Shown here in pieces: positions 56,285 to 64,000 of a stretch of DNA of 64,000 nucleotides (its first letter is position 1; every line of letters starts with the position of its first letter). The translations under genes and the position numbers were made by a program. Origin of the DNA: Armatimonadota bacterium (GTDB taxonomy: Bacteria; Armatimonadota; SYMT01); assembly GCA_046292385.1 (NCBI GenBank), contig JBKBRF010000001.1, forward strand, positions 255,305 through 319,304, read 5' to 3'. The notes beneath the pieces are model-generated. The model was not told where the DNA came from. It saw only the letters and a program-made list of their open reading frames with translations, and ran no database searches.

Positions 56285-58323
56285 CCGTCCACCTCCAGCT
56301 GCTGGAACAGGAAGCTCCAGATGTCTGCCGCCTCCTCGATCACCTTGGCGAGCGGCTTGCCGGCGCCGTGGCCCGCGCGGGTCTCGATCCGGAGCAGCAC
56401 CGGCGCGGCGGGGTCCGCCTCGGTCTGGAGCCGCGCGGCGAGCTTGCGGGCGTGGAGCGGGTCGACCCGCGTGTCCGACTCCGCCGCGGTGATCAGGAGC
56501 GCCGGGTAGCGCTGGCCCGGCCGGACCCGGTGGTAGGGGCTGTATGCCAGGAGCGCCCGGAACTGCTCCGGATCGTCGCTGCTGCCGTACTCCGGGATCC
56601 AGAGCCGGGCAATGCTGAAGTGGTGGTAGCGAACCATGTCGAGCAGCGGCACCTGGCAGACCGCGGCGCGGAAGAGGTCCGGCCGCTGGGTTACGACCGC
56701 GCCGACCAGCAGCCCGCCGTTGGAGCCGCCCTGCAGCGCCAGCCGCTCCGGGCGGGTGTAGCCCTCCCGGATCAGGTACTCCGCCGCCGCGATGCAGTCG
56801 TCGAAGACGTTCTGCTTCCGGGTCAGCATCCCGGCGCGGTGCCACGCCTCGCCGTACTCTCCGCCGCCGCGCAGGTTCGCCATGGCGTAGACCCCGCCCC
56901 GCTCCAGGAGCAGGTAGGCGCCGCGGACGAAGGCCGGCGTGAGCGGCACGTTGAAGCCGCCGTAGCCGTAGAGCAGGGTCGGCCGGTCTCCGTCCAGCTC
57001 CAGTCCCTTGCGGTGGACGATGAACATGGAGACCTGCGTCCCGTCGCGCGACGGGTACCAGACCTGCCGGACCTCGTAATCGCCCGGCGAGATCGGGGCC
57101 TCCACCCGGCCCCAGACCTCCGTCGCGCCGCTGTCGACCTCGTGCCGCAGCACCGTCGGCGGCGTGGTAAAGGAGAGGAAGCCGAGGAACAGCTCCTGCG
57201 ACTCGGCGCGGCCTTCCCAGGCGAAGACGCTGCCGATCCCGGGCAGCTCGATCTCGCGCTCCAGCGAGCCGTCGAGGCGGTGGAGCCGGAACGCGGAGGA
57301 GGCGTTCCGCAGCAGCTCGCAGGCGAGGTACCCGCCGGCGACTCCGTGACCTTCGATCACGTCCGGGCCTTCCGGGACCAGCTCGCGCCAGCCGTCTCGC
57401 TGCGGATGATTGGGGTCGACGCGCAGGATCCGGTAGCGCGGAGCGTCGAGGTTGGTCCGCAGGTAGAGTGCGTCGTCCTGCGCCGAGCCGATGAAGAGCG
57501 CGTCGATCCCCTCCGCCACCGGGACGAACCCGCCTTCGGGCTGGTGCCGGTCGAGGAGATAGAGCTCGCTCTTTGCCCAGCCCTGGAACGCGGAGGCGAG
57601 CAGCCAGCGGCCGTCCGGCGACAGCTCCACGGTGAGCATGTCTTCCTTGGCCCGCCCCTCGCCGAAGATCAGCGGGTCGTCGTGCCAGTCGGTCCCCGGC
57701 GCGTGGAAGTAGACCTTCCGGCCGTAGTTCTCATCGCCGGAGGGCACGGTGCCCGGCTCCGGATAGCGGGTGTAGTAGAAGCCGGAGCCGTCCGGCAGCC
57801 ACGCGAGCGCGCAGAAGCGGGTGTGAGGGATCCGGTCCGGGAGGTCCTCGCCGGTCGCCACGCGGCGGATGCCGAGAGTCGACTTCTCATCCCCGTGCCG
57901 GGAGATCCCGTAGGCGACGAGCTGCCCGTCGTGCGTGGGGTACCACCAGTCGAGCGCGGAGGCGGCGTCCGGCTCGTAGACCGCCGGGTCGAGCAGCACC
58001 CGCTCCTCGCCGCGCAGGCCCTCGCGCCAGCAGAGAACCGGCTGGTCCTGCGTTCCCTCTCGCCGCTGGTAGAAGTAGCGCCCGCCCCGCTCCACCGGCG
58101 GCGTGAGGACGCCGACCGACAGCAGCTCCGGAAGCCGCTTCTCGATCCGCTCCCTCGCCGGGGCGGCCTGCAGCACCTCCCGCGTGACGGCGTTCTGCGC
58201 CTCCGTCCACGCGCGGACCTCCTCGCTCTCAGAGTCCTCCAGCCAGCGGAACGGATCGGCGACTTCGACGCCGTGGAGGAGGTCGGTGACGGATTCGCGG
58301 CGGGTCTCGGGATAGGACGGCAT
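56281..58323 (-). CDS. Prolyl oligopeptidase (S9A)
   Basis: VADPFRWLED, YGYGGF, NLRGGGEYG, GGSNGG (Ser), DTRV (Asp) and AGHG (His) motifs. Confidence 0.95.
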   Translation of the reverse strand: MPSYPETRRESVTDLLHGVEVADPFRWLEDSESEEVRAWTEAQNAVTREVLQAAPARERIEKRLPELLSVGVLTPPVERGGRYFYQRREGTQDQPVLCWREGLRGEERVLLDPAVYEPDAASALDWWYPTHDGQLVAYGISRHGDEKSTLGIRRVATGEDLPDRIPHTRFCALAWLPDGSGFYYTRYPEPGTVPSGDENYGRKVYFHAPGTDWHDDPLIFGEGRAKEDMLTVELSPDGRWLLASAFQGWAKSELYLLDRHQPEGGFVPVAEGIDALFIGSAQDDALYLRTNLDAPRYRILRVDPNHPQRDGWRELVPEGPDVIEGHGVAGGYLACELLRNASSAFRLHRLDGSLEREIELPGIGSVFAWEGRAESQELFLGFLSFTTPPTVLRHEVDSGATEVWGRVEAPISPGDYEVRQVWYPSRDGTQVSMFIVHRKGLELDGDRPTLLYGYGGFNVPLTPAFVRGAYLLLERGGVYAMANLRGGGEYGEAWHRAGMLTRKQNVFDDCIAAAEYLIREGYTRPERLALQGGSNGGLLVGAVVTQRPDLFRAAVCQVPLLDMVRYHHFSIARLWIPEYGSSDDPEQFRALLAYSPYHRVRPGQRYPALLITAAESDTRVDPLHARKLAARLQTEADPAAPVLLRIETRAGHGAGKPLAKVIEEAADIWSFLFQQLEVDG

Positions 58324-58430
58324 GTTCGGCTCGAGAAGGAATAAGGCGGCGCGGAAGGCGCCCGGGGAACCCTTCACGAGTCAGAGGGGGGTTCTCCTCC
58401 CGAAATCGGCGAGCCGGCGCTCGAACGTCC

Positions 58431-58570
58431 TTCCCCTACGGGGAAGCGTTGGCAAGCCACCGCACTCCACAGACTGCACCGGGGCAGTCTCCCTTTCGAC
58501 GAGAGGGAATCTCTTCCGGGCTAGCCTGTGGAGTGCGAATGCTTGCTTTCGCGCCCCGCGTCAGCGGGGC
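58431..58570. repeat. REP-like inverted pair (TGGAGTGCG..GCTTGC type)
   Basis: GCAAGCCACCGCACTCCACAG (58452-58472) faces CTGTGGAGTGCGAATGCTTGC (58526-58546); each is flanked by a short palindrome (TTCCCCTACGGGGAA; GCCCCGCGTCAGCGGGGC). Confidence 0.65.
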
Positions 58571-58633
58571 ACCCAACGCAGCCAGACGAACTGGCCCGAG
58601 GGATTCACAAGAGGAGCAGAATCGCGCGGCGGA

Positions 58634-60211
58634 TCATCTTTGCGAGGTGCTCGCCCGCTTGGGAGCCGGTTTCGGCGTGGGCTGGGCCGCCTTCGGTGCC
58701 GGTGGCGGCTGAGCGGCCGGCGTGGCGGCGGTCCTCGGTGCGGGCAGCGTCCGGTGGAACGTGTGTGCCGCGAGAAGGCTCTGCTGGGCCTGGGCGCGCG
58801 ACCAGCTCCAGCTGCGCCAGTCACCACTCGAGACGTAGTACTCCCGGTCGAGCAGCTCGGAAGCGAGCGCCGCCGCGCGCGTGCGGGGCAGGCCTGGCAG
58901 CGCGGCGGCGAGGGTGGGGTAGGCGTCCGCGCTCAGGGAAGCGGCATACTCAACGTCGAAGCGGCCGGTGCGGGTGTGGTGCTCCAGGTTGCGCTGCACG
59001 ATCCAGGCGTCCGGGTTGAGCAGGTGGAGCCCGGCGGTGACGGCGAACGCGGCCAGCGCCGCCCCCGGGGCGAAGTTGTCGCGCCGCCCGCGGAGCACCG
59101 TCGCCCCGAACCAGGCGATGACGATCCCCAGCCAGAGCATGAACGCGCTGGTGTAGACCCGCAGCTCGGTGAAGCCGTAGGCCGCCTGGTAGAGCCGCAT
59201 CCGCTGCCCCGCCGAGACGAGGATGACCAGGAGCATCAGCAGCAGCGGGGCCGCGAGGACCAGAAAGATCCGCTCGCTGCTGGGCGGGTCTTTCGCCAGT
59301 GCCCAGTGCGCCAGCAGCAGCACCGGCAGAGCGAGGGCGGCTGCCGCCACCATCTCGAAGAAGCCGCGGCGGGCGTAGTCGGCGTAGGTGAGGTTCGGCG
59401 TGTGCTGGACCAGGGAGTCGCCGCCGAAAAGGTAGCCGAGCTGGATCAGGACGAAGGCGAGGAAGAGCAGGTTGAGCAGCCCTACGGCGACCCCGATCTC
59501 CACCATCCCGATCACGCCGGGGAAGGGCGACGAGGCGGGCTCCGGCTCCTCGGCGTGGGCCAGCATCCGGTGCAGCAGCCCCGCGATGCCCCAGGCGGCG
59601 GCGAGCGTGATCCCCAGGTGTGCCAGCGCCGGGCCGAGGTCGATCCGGAGCAGGCCGGTCGCCATCGAGGCGAACACCGGATCCGCGGAGGCGAAGAGGG
59701 CGGCGAAGACGATCAGGAACGGCACCGCCAGGACGAGCCCCCGGGCGGCCGCGCCGAGGTGGCTTCCCCACTCCGGCCGGGAGAGCTGCTGCCACTCCAC
59801 GTCCTGGAAGAGCAGCTCGCCGGCGCCGATGCTGGCCTGCCCGAGGGCGCGGAGGACCATCAGCGGGTACTCGCTGACCGCCGCCACCGCCAGGCGCCCC
59901 CGCCGGGAGCGGAGGATGGCGACCGCCAGGATCAGCACGAGCGCGGCGCCGTCGAGCGCGAGCAGGGTGGGGGAGGCGCGCCACGCGAAGCCGGCGGCGA
60001 AGAAGAGCGCCGCGGGGGCGAGGAACAGCAGCTCCGGGCTGAACTGCCGCCACTGCGGACGGATCAGCAGGGCGCTCACCAGCAGCAGCGCGAGCACGCT
60101 CACCGGCAGGTTGATCCCCCAGGGCGCGGCCCGCAGCAGCAGGTCGCACAGCAGCCCGAGGACGAGCGCCCATCCCGCAATTCGCACTGCGCCGGCCGTC
60201 TTCTCGCTCAT
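58634..60211 (-). CDS. DUF4153 (DUF4173) multi-pass membrane protein
   Basis: LFASADPVF, FVLIQLGYLFGG, TYADYARRGFFE, RMRLYQAAYGFTELR, NPDAWI..N, LSADA and WRSWSW motifs. Confidence 0.88.
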   Translation of the reverse strand: MSEKTAGAVRIAGWALVLGLLCDLLLRAAPWGINLPVSVLALLLVSALLIRPQWRQFSPELLFLAPAALFFAAGFAWRASPTLLALDGAALVLILAVAILRSRRGRLAVAAVSEYPLMVLRALGQASIGAGELLFQDVEWQQLSRPEWGSHLGAAARGLVLAVPFLIVFAALFASADPVFASMATGLLRIDLGPALAHLGITLAAAWGIAGLLHRMLAHAEEPEPASSPFPGVIGMVEIGVAVGLLNLLFLAFVLIQLGYLFGGDSLVQHTPNLTYADYARRGFFEMVAAAALALPVLLLAHWALAKDPPSSERIFLVLAAPLLLMLLVILVSAGQRMRLYQAAYGFTELRVYTSAFMLWLGIVIAWFGATVLRGRRDNFAPGAALAAFAVTAGLHLLNPDAWIVQRNLEHHTRTGRFDVEYAASLSADAYPTLAAALPGLPRTRAAALASELLDREYYVSSGDWRSWSWSRAQAQQSLLAAHTFHRTLPAPRTAATPAAQPPPAPKAAQPTPKPAPKRASTSQR

Positions 60212-60324
60212 CGGTGGTCTCCCGGGTCAGGGCCTCGACCGCTTCCGCGGCGTCGAGCGCCGGCTGCCGTCTCTCTGCTACTCCAATGCAAGCGGCGTCG
60301 TGGTGGTTGGCGTTCGAGCGCCGT

Positions 60325-61182
60325 CTATGCCGCGCGGGAAAGGGGCGCGGCGTAGAGCTCCAGCGCCCGCCGGACTTCCTCCACCGTCTCCTCTGGCGTG
60401 GAGGTGCCGGCGGTGAGGCCGACCGTCTCCACGCCCTCCAGCCACTCCGGCTCCAGCTCTTCCACCCGCTCCACCTGGTAGGCGCGCGCTCCTTCCCGCT
60501 CGCACGCGCGGACGAGCTGCCGCGTGTTGTTGCTGTGGCGCCCGCCCACCACGATCACCACCTCGCACTCGGAGCCGAGGCGGCGCGCCGCAAGCTGGCG
60601 CTGCTTCGTCGGCTGGCAGACGGTGTCGGCGAACTTCACCTGGGCCTGGGGATAGGTCTCGCGGATGCGGTCGACCATCTCCAGCACGTACTCCAGCGGC
60701 TGCGTCGTCTGGCTCACCACGCCGATCCGGCTGCGGCCCGCCAGGAGCGGCAGCTCTTCGGGGCCGGAGAGCACTACGTACTCGTCGAGGTCGCCGATCA
60801 GGCCGCGCACCTCCACGTGCTCCGGCTTACCGATCACCACCGGGAAGTAGCCGTCGGCGACGAGCCGGTCGAGCATCCGGTGGGCGTGGGAGACGAGGGG
60901 GCAGGTCGCTTCCAGCACCTCCAGCCCCTGGCTCCGCAGCCTCGCTACCGCGGCGCGGGAGGCTCCGTGGGCCGTGACCATGGCCCTCCGGGTTTCCACG
61001 GGGGAGTCGAGCGAGGCGACGGTCCGGATGCCCGCTTCGCCGAGCCTTCGCAGCACCACCGGGTTGTGCACCAGCTCTCCCAGCACCGTGAGCTCCTGCG
61101 GCTCCGGAGCTTGCAGCGCCATCTCGATGGCATCCCGCACTCCGAAACACATCCCGTAGCTCTCCGCGACCACTACTCGCAT
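60325..61182 (-). CDS. ispH: 4-hydroxy-3-methylbut-2-enyl diphosphate reductase
   Basis: GMCFGV, LVHN, TAHG, ATCPLV, HVEV, SQTT, TVCQPT..RQ, HSNNT and LTAGTSTP motifs; GGAGG RBS. Confidence 0.94.
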   Translation of the reverse strand: MRVVVAESYGMCFGVRDAIEMALQAPEPQELTVLGELVHNPVVLRRLGEAGIRTVASLDSPVETRRAMVTAHGASRAAVARLRSQGLEVLEATCPLVSHAHRMLDRLVADGYFPVVIGKPEHVEVRGLIGDLDEYVVLSGPEELPLLAGRSRIGVVSQTTQPLEYVLEMVDRIRETYPQAQVKFADTVCQPTKQRQLAARRLGSECEVVIVVGGRHSNNTRQLVRACEREGARAYQVERVEELEPEWLEGVETVGLTAGTSTPEETVEEVRRALELYAAPLSRAA

Positions 61183-61199
61183 ACCGCCTCCGTAAAAGA

Positions 61200-61216
61200 A
61201 CTTTGTAGAATAAAGT
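61200..61216. promoter_or_regulatory. Putative operator ACTTT-N7-AAAGT upstream of ispH
   Basis: AT-rich palindrome ACTTTGTAGAATAAAGT 17 nt upstream of the ispH start; a second copy lies at 62274-62290. Confidence 0.55.
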
Positions 61217-61299
61217 GCCGCCACCGGGAAAAACGCGACTCGCGTCGCGTTGTCTATATCGTCAGTGCCGGGTGTTTCTCGGCCGGTTCGGTTCTACCG

Positions 61300-61674
61300 C
61301 TATTTCGCTCCCGCCATTCCCGGGCGCAGCACCGGAGCTCCTTCTCGGGCAGGCCGGGGCTCCTCCAGGGCCTGCGACTGCCGCACGATCTCCTCGAGCG
61401 CCTGGATATACGCCTGGAACGCCTCCCGCCCGGCGGGGGTGAGGGAGTACTCCGTCCGCGGCTTGCGGTTGACGAACGACTTGGTCACCTCCACGAAGCC
61501 GCCCTCTTCCAGGGTGCGCATGTGGACGCTCAGGTTGCCGTCGGTCATCCGCAGCAGCTCCTTCAACTCTCTGAAGGAGAGCGACTCGTTGGCCGCCAGG
61601 AGCGACATGATCGCCAGCCGCCCCTTTTCGTGGATCACGCGATCCAGCTTGTCGAAGGTTTCCAGGTTAAGCAT
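61300..61674 (-). CDS. Winged helix-turn-helix transcriptional regulator (HTH_34, ArsR/MarR-like)
   Basis: LDRVIHEKGRLAIMSLL, SFRELKELL.MTDGNLSVH, KSFVNRKPRT.Y.LT..GR.AF motifs. Confidence 0.92.
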   Translation of the reverse strand: MLNLETFDKLDRVIHEKGRLAIMSLLAANESLSFRELKELLRMTDGNLSVHMRTLEEGGFVEVTKSFVNRKPRTEYSLTPAGREAFQAYIQALEEIVRQSQALEEPRPAREGAPVLRPGMAGAK

Positions 61675-62263
61675 CGAGTGCCAGGTGCCGGTTGGAGAGC
61701 GCCCACTGCCGCGCGAAGGTAAGCACCAGTCCGTACGCCAGGTGGATCGCTCCGAAGGTTAGCCCCATCGTCAGCGCGTCGCTGCGCAGATCGAGTCCCA
61801 GCGTGAGGGAGCCGGCGGCCAGAAAGGCGATCCCGAGCATCGAGATCACGCGGGGCGTGAAGAAGCTCATCGCCAGGGCGCCGCACCCCCACAGGAGCAT
61901 CCAGACGCCGGGAAGGATCCACTCCACGCGGAGCTCGCTCAGTACGGAGGTGAGCACCAGCCCGGCGCCCAGCGCCGGGAGCAGCGCCATCACCACCGTG
62001 CGCGTCTGCCGGGTCCAGAACGGCTCCCCGTTGGCATGCGCCATCGCCGCCGTAAAGTAGACGCTCGCCGCGGCCGCGGCGATCAGCACTCCGAGCCAGG
62101 TCGGCAGGAACGGCGTGTGGAGCCAGACCCGCAGGCCGCAGCCGATCAGCGTGATGCCCCCGGCGGCCAGGCCGGCGTGACTGGAGAGATGGGTGTAGCG
62201 CGTCCCTCGCTCCATGAGCGTGCGGATTACCGCCAGTGTCTGCTCCGCTTCCCGGCCTTCCAT
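61667..62263 (-). CDS. Membrane protein partner of the winged-HTH regulator
   Basis: Start MEGREAEQTLAVIRTLMER; about six TM helices; FGAIHLAYG; overlaps the regulator start by 8 nt. Confidence 0.8.
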   Translation of the reverse strand: MEGREAEQTLAVIRTLMERGTRYTHLSSHAGLAAGGITLIGCGLRVWLHTPFLPTWLGVLIAAAAASVYFTAAMAHANGEPFWTRQTRTVVMALLPALGAGLVLTSVLSELRVEWILPGVWMLLWGCGALAMSFFTPRVISMLGIAFLAAGSLTLGLDLRSDALTMGLTFGAIHLAYGLVLTFARQWALSNRHLALDA

Positions 62264-62273
62264 TGAGCGCCTC

Positions 62274-62290
62274 ACTTTGCCCCGCAAAGC
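62274..62290. promoter_or_regulatory. Putative autoregulatory operator ACTTT-N7-AAAGC
   Basis: ACTTTGCCCCGCAAAGC, 10 nt upstream of the membrane-protein/regulator operon start. Confidence 0.5.
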
Positions 62291-62331
62291 TTTCTGCAGA
62301 GAGTGTATCCCGAGCGACACGGAGCGTCAAC

Positions 62332-62895
62332 TCATTCGGCAGCTCGGGTGCCGCCCGCCTCCGCCGTATCCAGGATCGTCAGGTCGTTCGCGTGCAGCAC
62401 CGCCGGCTCCGACGCCACGCGCTCGCGCAGGTCGGCGGAGAGCCCCTCCATCCCGTCCGCCGCACTGGGCGCGCGGACCGTGCCGCTAAGGCGCACGTGC
62501 TGCCCGCTCTGCAGCTCCGGCGGGCTGACCAGGATCGCGGGGTCGAGCTGCACGAAGATGCGTTCGCCCTCCGCGGTCGCCCAGAACCCGCCGTCCGCCA
62601 CCTCCGCTACGATCGCCGTCCCTTCCACGGGCTGTCCTTCGAACCGGTCCGGGCTGGCGCGAAGCTCCGCCACCGGCAGCGTCTCTCGGGTCGCCGGGTC
62701 GTCATAGTACTCGCCGCCGATCGCCGGGGCGGTCTGTCGCTCGCCCGCCACGCGTTCCGGTACGTTGATCCCCGCGCTCATGTCGCCGTCCGGGGCCACG
62801 AGCCACCACGCGATGGCGGCGATCAGGACCGCCACTACCAGCCAGACCCAGCCGGGCACGGGTCGGGCTCTCGGATCTCGCTCCAGATCGGACAT
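62332..62895 (-). CDS. Hypothetical membrane-anchored protein (possible OB-fold extracytoplasmic domain)
   Basis: AGGAGG RBS; WVWLVVAVLIAAIAWWLV TM; VAEVADGGFW...LQSGQHVRLSGTVR. Confidence 0.7.
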   Translation of the reverse strand: MSDLERDPRARPVPGWVWLVVAVLIAAIAWWLVAPDGDMSAGINVPERVAGERQTAPAIGGEYYDDPATRETLPVAELRASPDRFEGQPVEGTAIVAEVADGGFWATAEGERIFVQLDPAILVSPPELQSGQHVRLSGTVRAPSAADGMEGLSADLRERVASEPAVLHANDLTILDTAEAGGTRAAE

Positions 62896-63093
62896 CAGGA
62901 CCTCCTGCGCGGGGTAGGCGGCGGGCAAGCACCGGAATCAACAGCCCCCGCACACCTCTCTCATCGCCGGATCCTTCCGCGCTCAAACGAGCCTCGAAAC
63001 GATGTCATTTCGACCCGACCAGGGATGAACTGGCCGACCGGTGGGTAAGAACCGCAGGTGGCGCCCAGATCGCGCCGGTCCGGAGGAGTGGGG

Positions 63094-64000
63094 TTGAAGC
63101 TGCAGCTCGCGAGACTGATCGAGGACGTGAAGACGAGCCTCTGGTTCGTGCCGACCGTCTTCGTGGTACTCGCCTGCGGCCTCGCGTTCGGCATGATGCA
63201 TGTCGACCGTGTTATGGAGGGCAGGTGGCTGCGCGACACCCCCTGGATCTTCGGCGCCGGGACAGACGGCGCGCGCGAAGTGCTCTCCGCGATTGCCTCC
63301 ACGATGATCACGGTCGTCGGTCTGACTTACTCGGTCACAGTGGTCGCGCTGGTTCTGGCTGCTCAGCAGTACACCCCGCGGGTGCTGCGCCAGTTCACGT
63401 CCGACCGCGGCAACCAGGTAGTCCTCGGGGGCTTCATCGCAACTTTCGTCTATTCCCTGCTCGTGCTGCGGAGCGTGAGCTCGGAAGAGAACGGCGGATT
63501 CGTGCCCCACATTTCGGTGACGGTGGGGGTAGCGCTGGCCCTGATGTCGATCGGGATGCTGATCTACTTCATCCATCACCTTACCACCACGATCCGGCCG
63601 AGCTGCATCGTCGGCACAGTGGCGAAAGAGACGATCGGGCTGATTGACCGCCTGTTGGACGGGCATAGAGGAGACGATCCGGAAGCGGCACAGCTACCGG
63701 CGCCAAATGAATGGAGCGAGGCCGTGGCAGTGGGCGCTCCGGCCGACGGTTACGTCCAGGGGATCGACTTCGCTCGGCTCCAAAAGCTGGCGCGCGCGCA
63801 CGGCTTCGCGTGGCGGGCGGAAGTAAAGGTAGGTGATTTCGTGACCCGCGACGCTCCCATGCTGCGGATCTGGCCGGCAGAGCGGTTGCGGGAGGCTCGC
63901 GAGCAGCGACTGCAGCGTCACGTGTTAGTCGGCACGGAGCGAACGATGCATCAGGATCCGGACTTCGGCGTGCTGGTGATCGTCGACATCGCCGTCAAGG
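63094..64000 (+). CDS. DUF2254 membrane protein, 3'-truncated (absent from the ORF track because no stop lies in the window)
   Basis: TTG start after GGAGGA; SLWFVP, AREVLSAIASTMITV, LAAQQYTPRVLR.F..DR.NQVVLG.FIATFVYSLLVL, GYVQ.ID and ERT..QDPDFG..IVDIA motifs; open to the window end. Confidence 0.88.
   Translation, partial: MKLQLARLIEDVKTSLWFVPTVFVVLACGLAFGMMHVDRVMEGRWLRDTPWIFGAGTDGAREVLSAIASTMITVVGLTYSVTVVALVLAAQQYTPRVLRQFTSDRGNQVVLGGFIATFVYSLLVLRSVSSEENGGFVPHISVTVGVALALMSIGMLIYFIHHLTTTIRPSCIVGTVAKETIGLIDRLLDGHRGDDPEAAQLPAPNEWSEAVAVGAPADGYVQGIDFARLQKLARAHGFAWRAEVKVGDFVTRDAPMLRIWPAERLREAREQRLQRHVLVGTERTMHQDPDFGVLVIVDIAVK

Overview
High-GC bacterial chromosomal window. The phylum is inferred to be Armatimonadota-like, a diderm Terrabacterium, because a secretin and type IV pilus locus occurs alongside a PASTA kinase and copper-amine-oxidase-N/BsuPI proteins. 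No CRISPR array, rRNA, integrase or transposase is visible. Contents in order: (1) the 3' part of a giant secreted protein, then a type IV pilus assembly locus (pilM, pilN, pilP-like, pilO, STN-only protein, secretin) whose subunits carry Gly/Met low-complexity segments; (2) aroK-aroB, a PASTA Ser/Thr kinase, rpe, ribD-ribE-ribBA-ribH and an HtrA-like protease; (3) an accessory region with DUF2231-Rieske, an RlmK-like methyltransferase, a deiodinase-like gene, an SDR, an M36 peptidase with dockerin, ABC components, a HAF-repeat protein, a His-rich protein, a Tat serine hydrolase and a multi-PAS hybrid kinase; (4) an uncharacterised three-gene operon (acyl-CoA-dehydrogenase-fold flavoprotein, signal-less PhnD/SsuA-fold protein, TusA-like/ferritin-like diiron fusion); (5) tRNA-Gln(CUG) and glnS; (6) amidase, P450, GDSL, TPR and prolyl oligopeptidase genes, a winged-HTH/ispH/DUF4153 module and a partial DUF2254 gene. 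Top finding: a probable selenoprotein that the ORF track splits in two. It is an iodothyronine-deiodinase-like gene (24910-25818) with an in-frame UGA at the FGSFT-U-P active site, immediately followed by a SECIS-like hairpin. The second highlight is the three-gene operon, which resembles Dsz-type organosulfur chemistry. All family calls come from motif recognition, not database searches.
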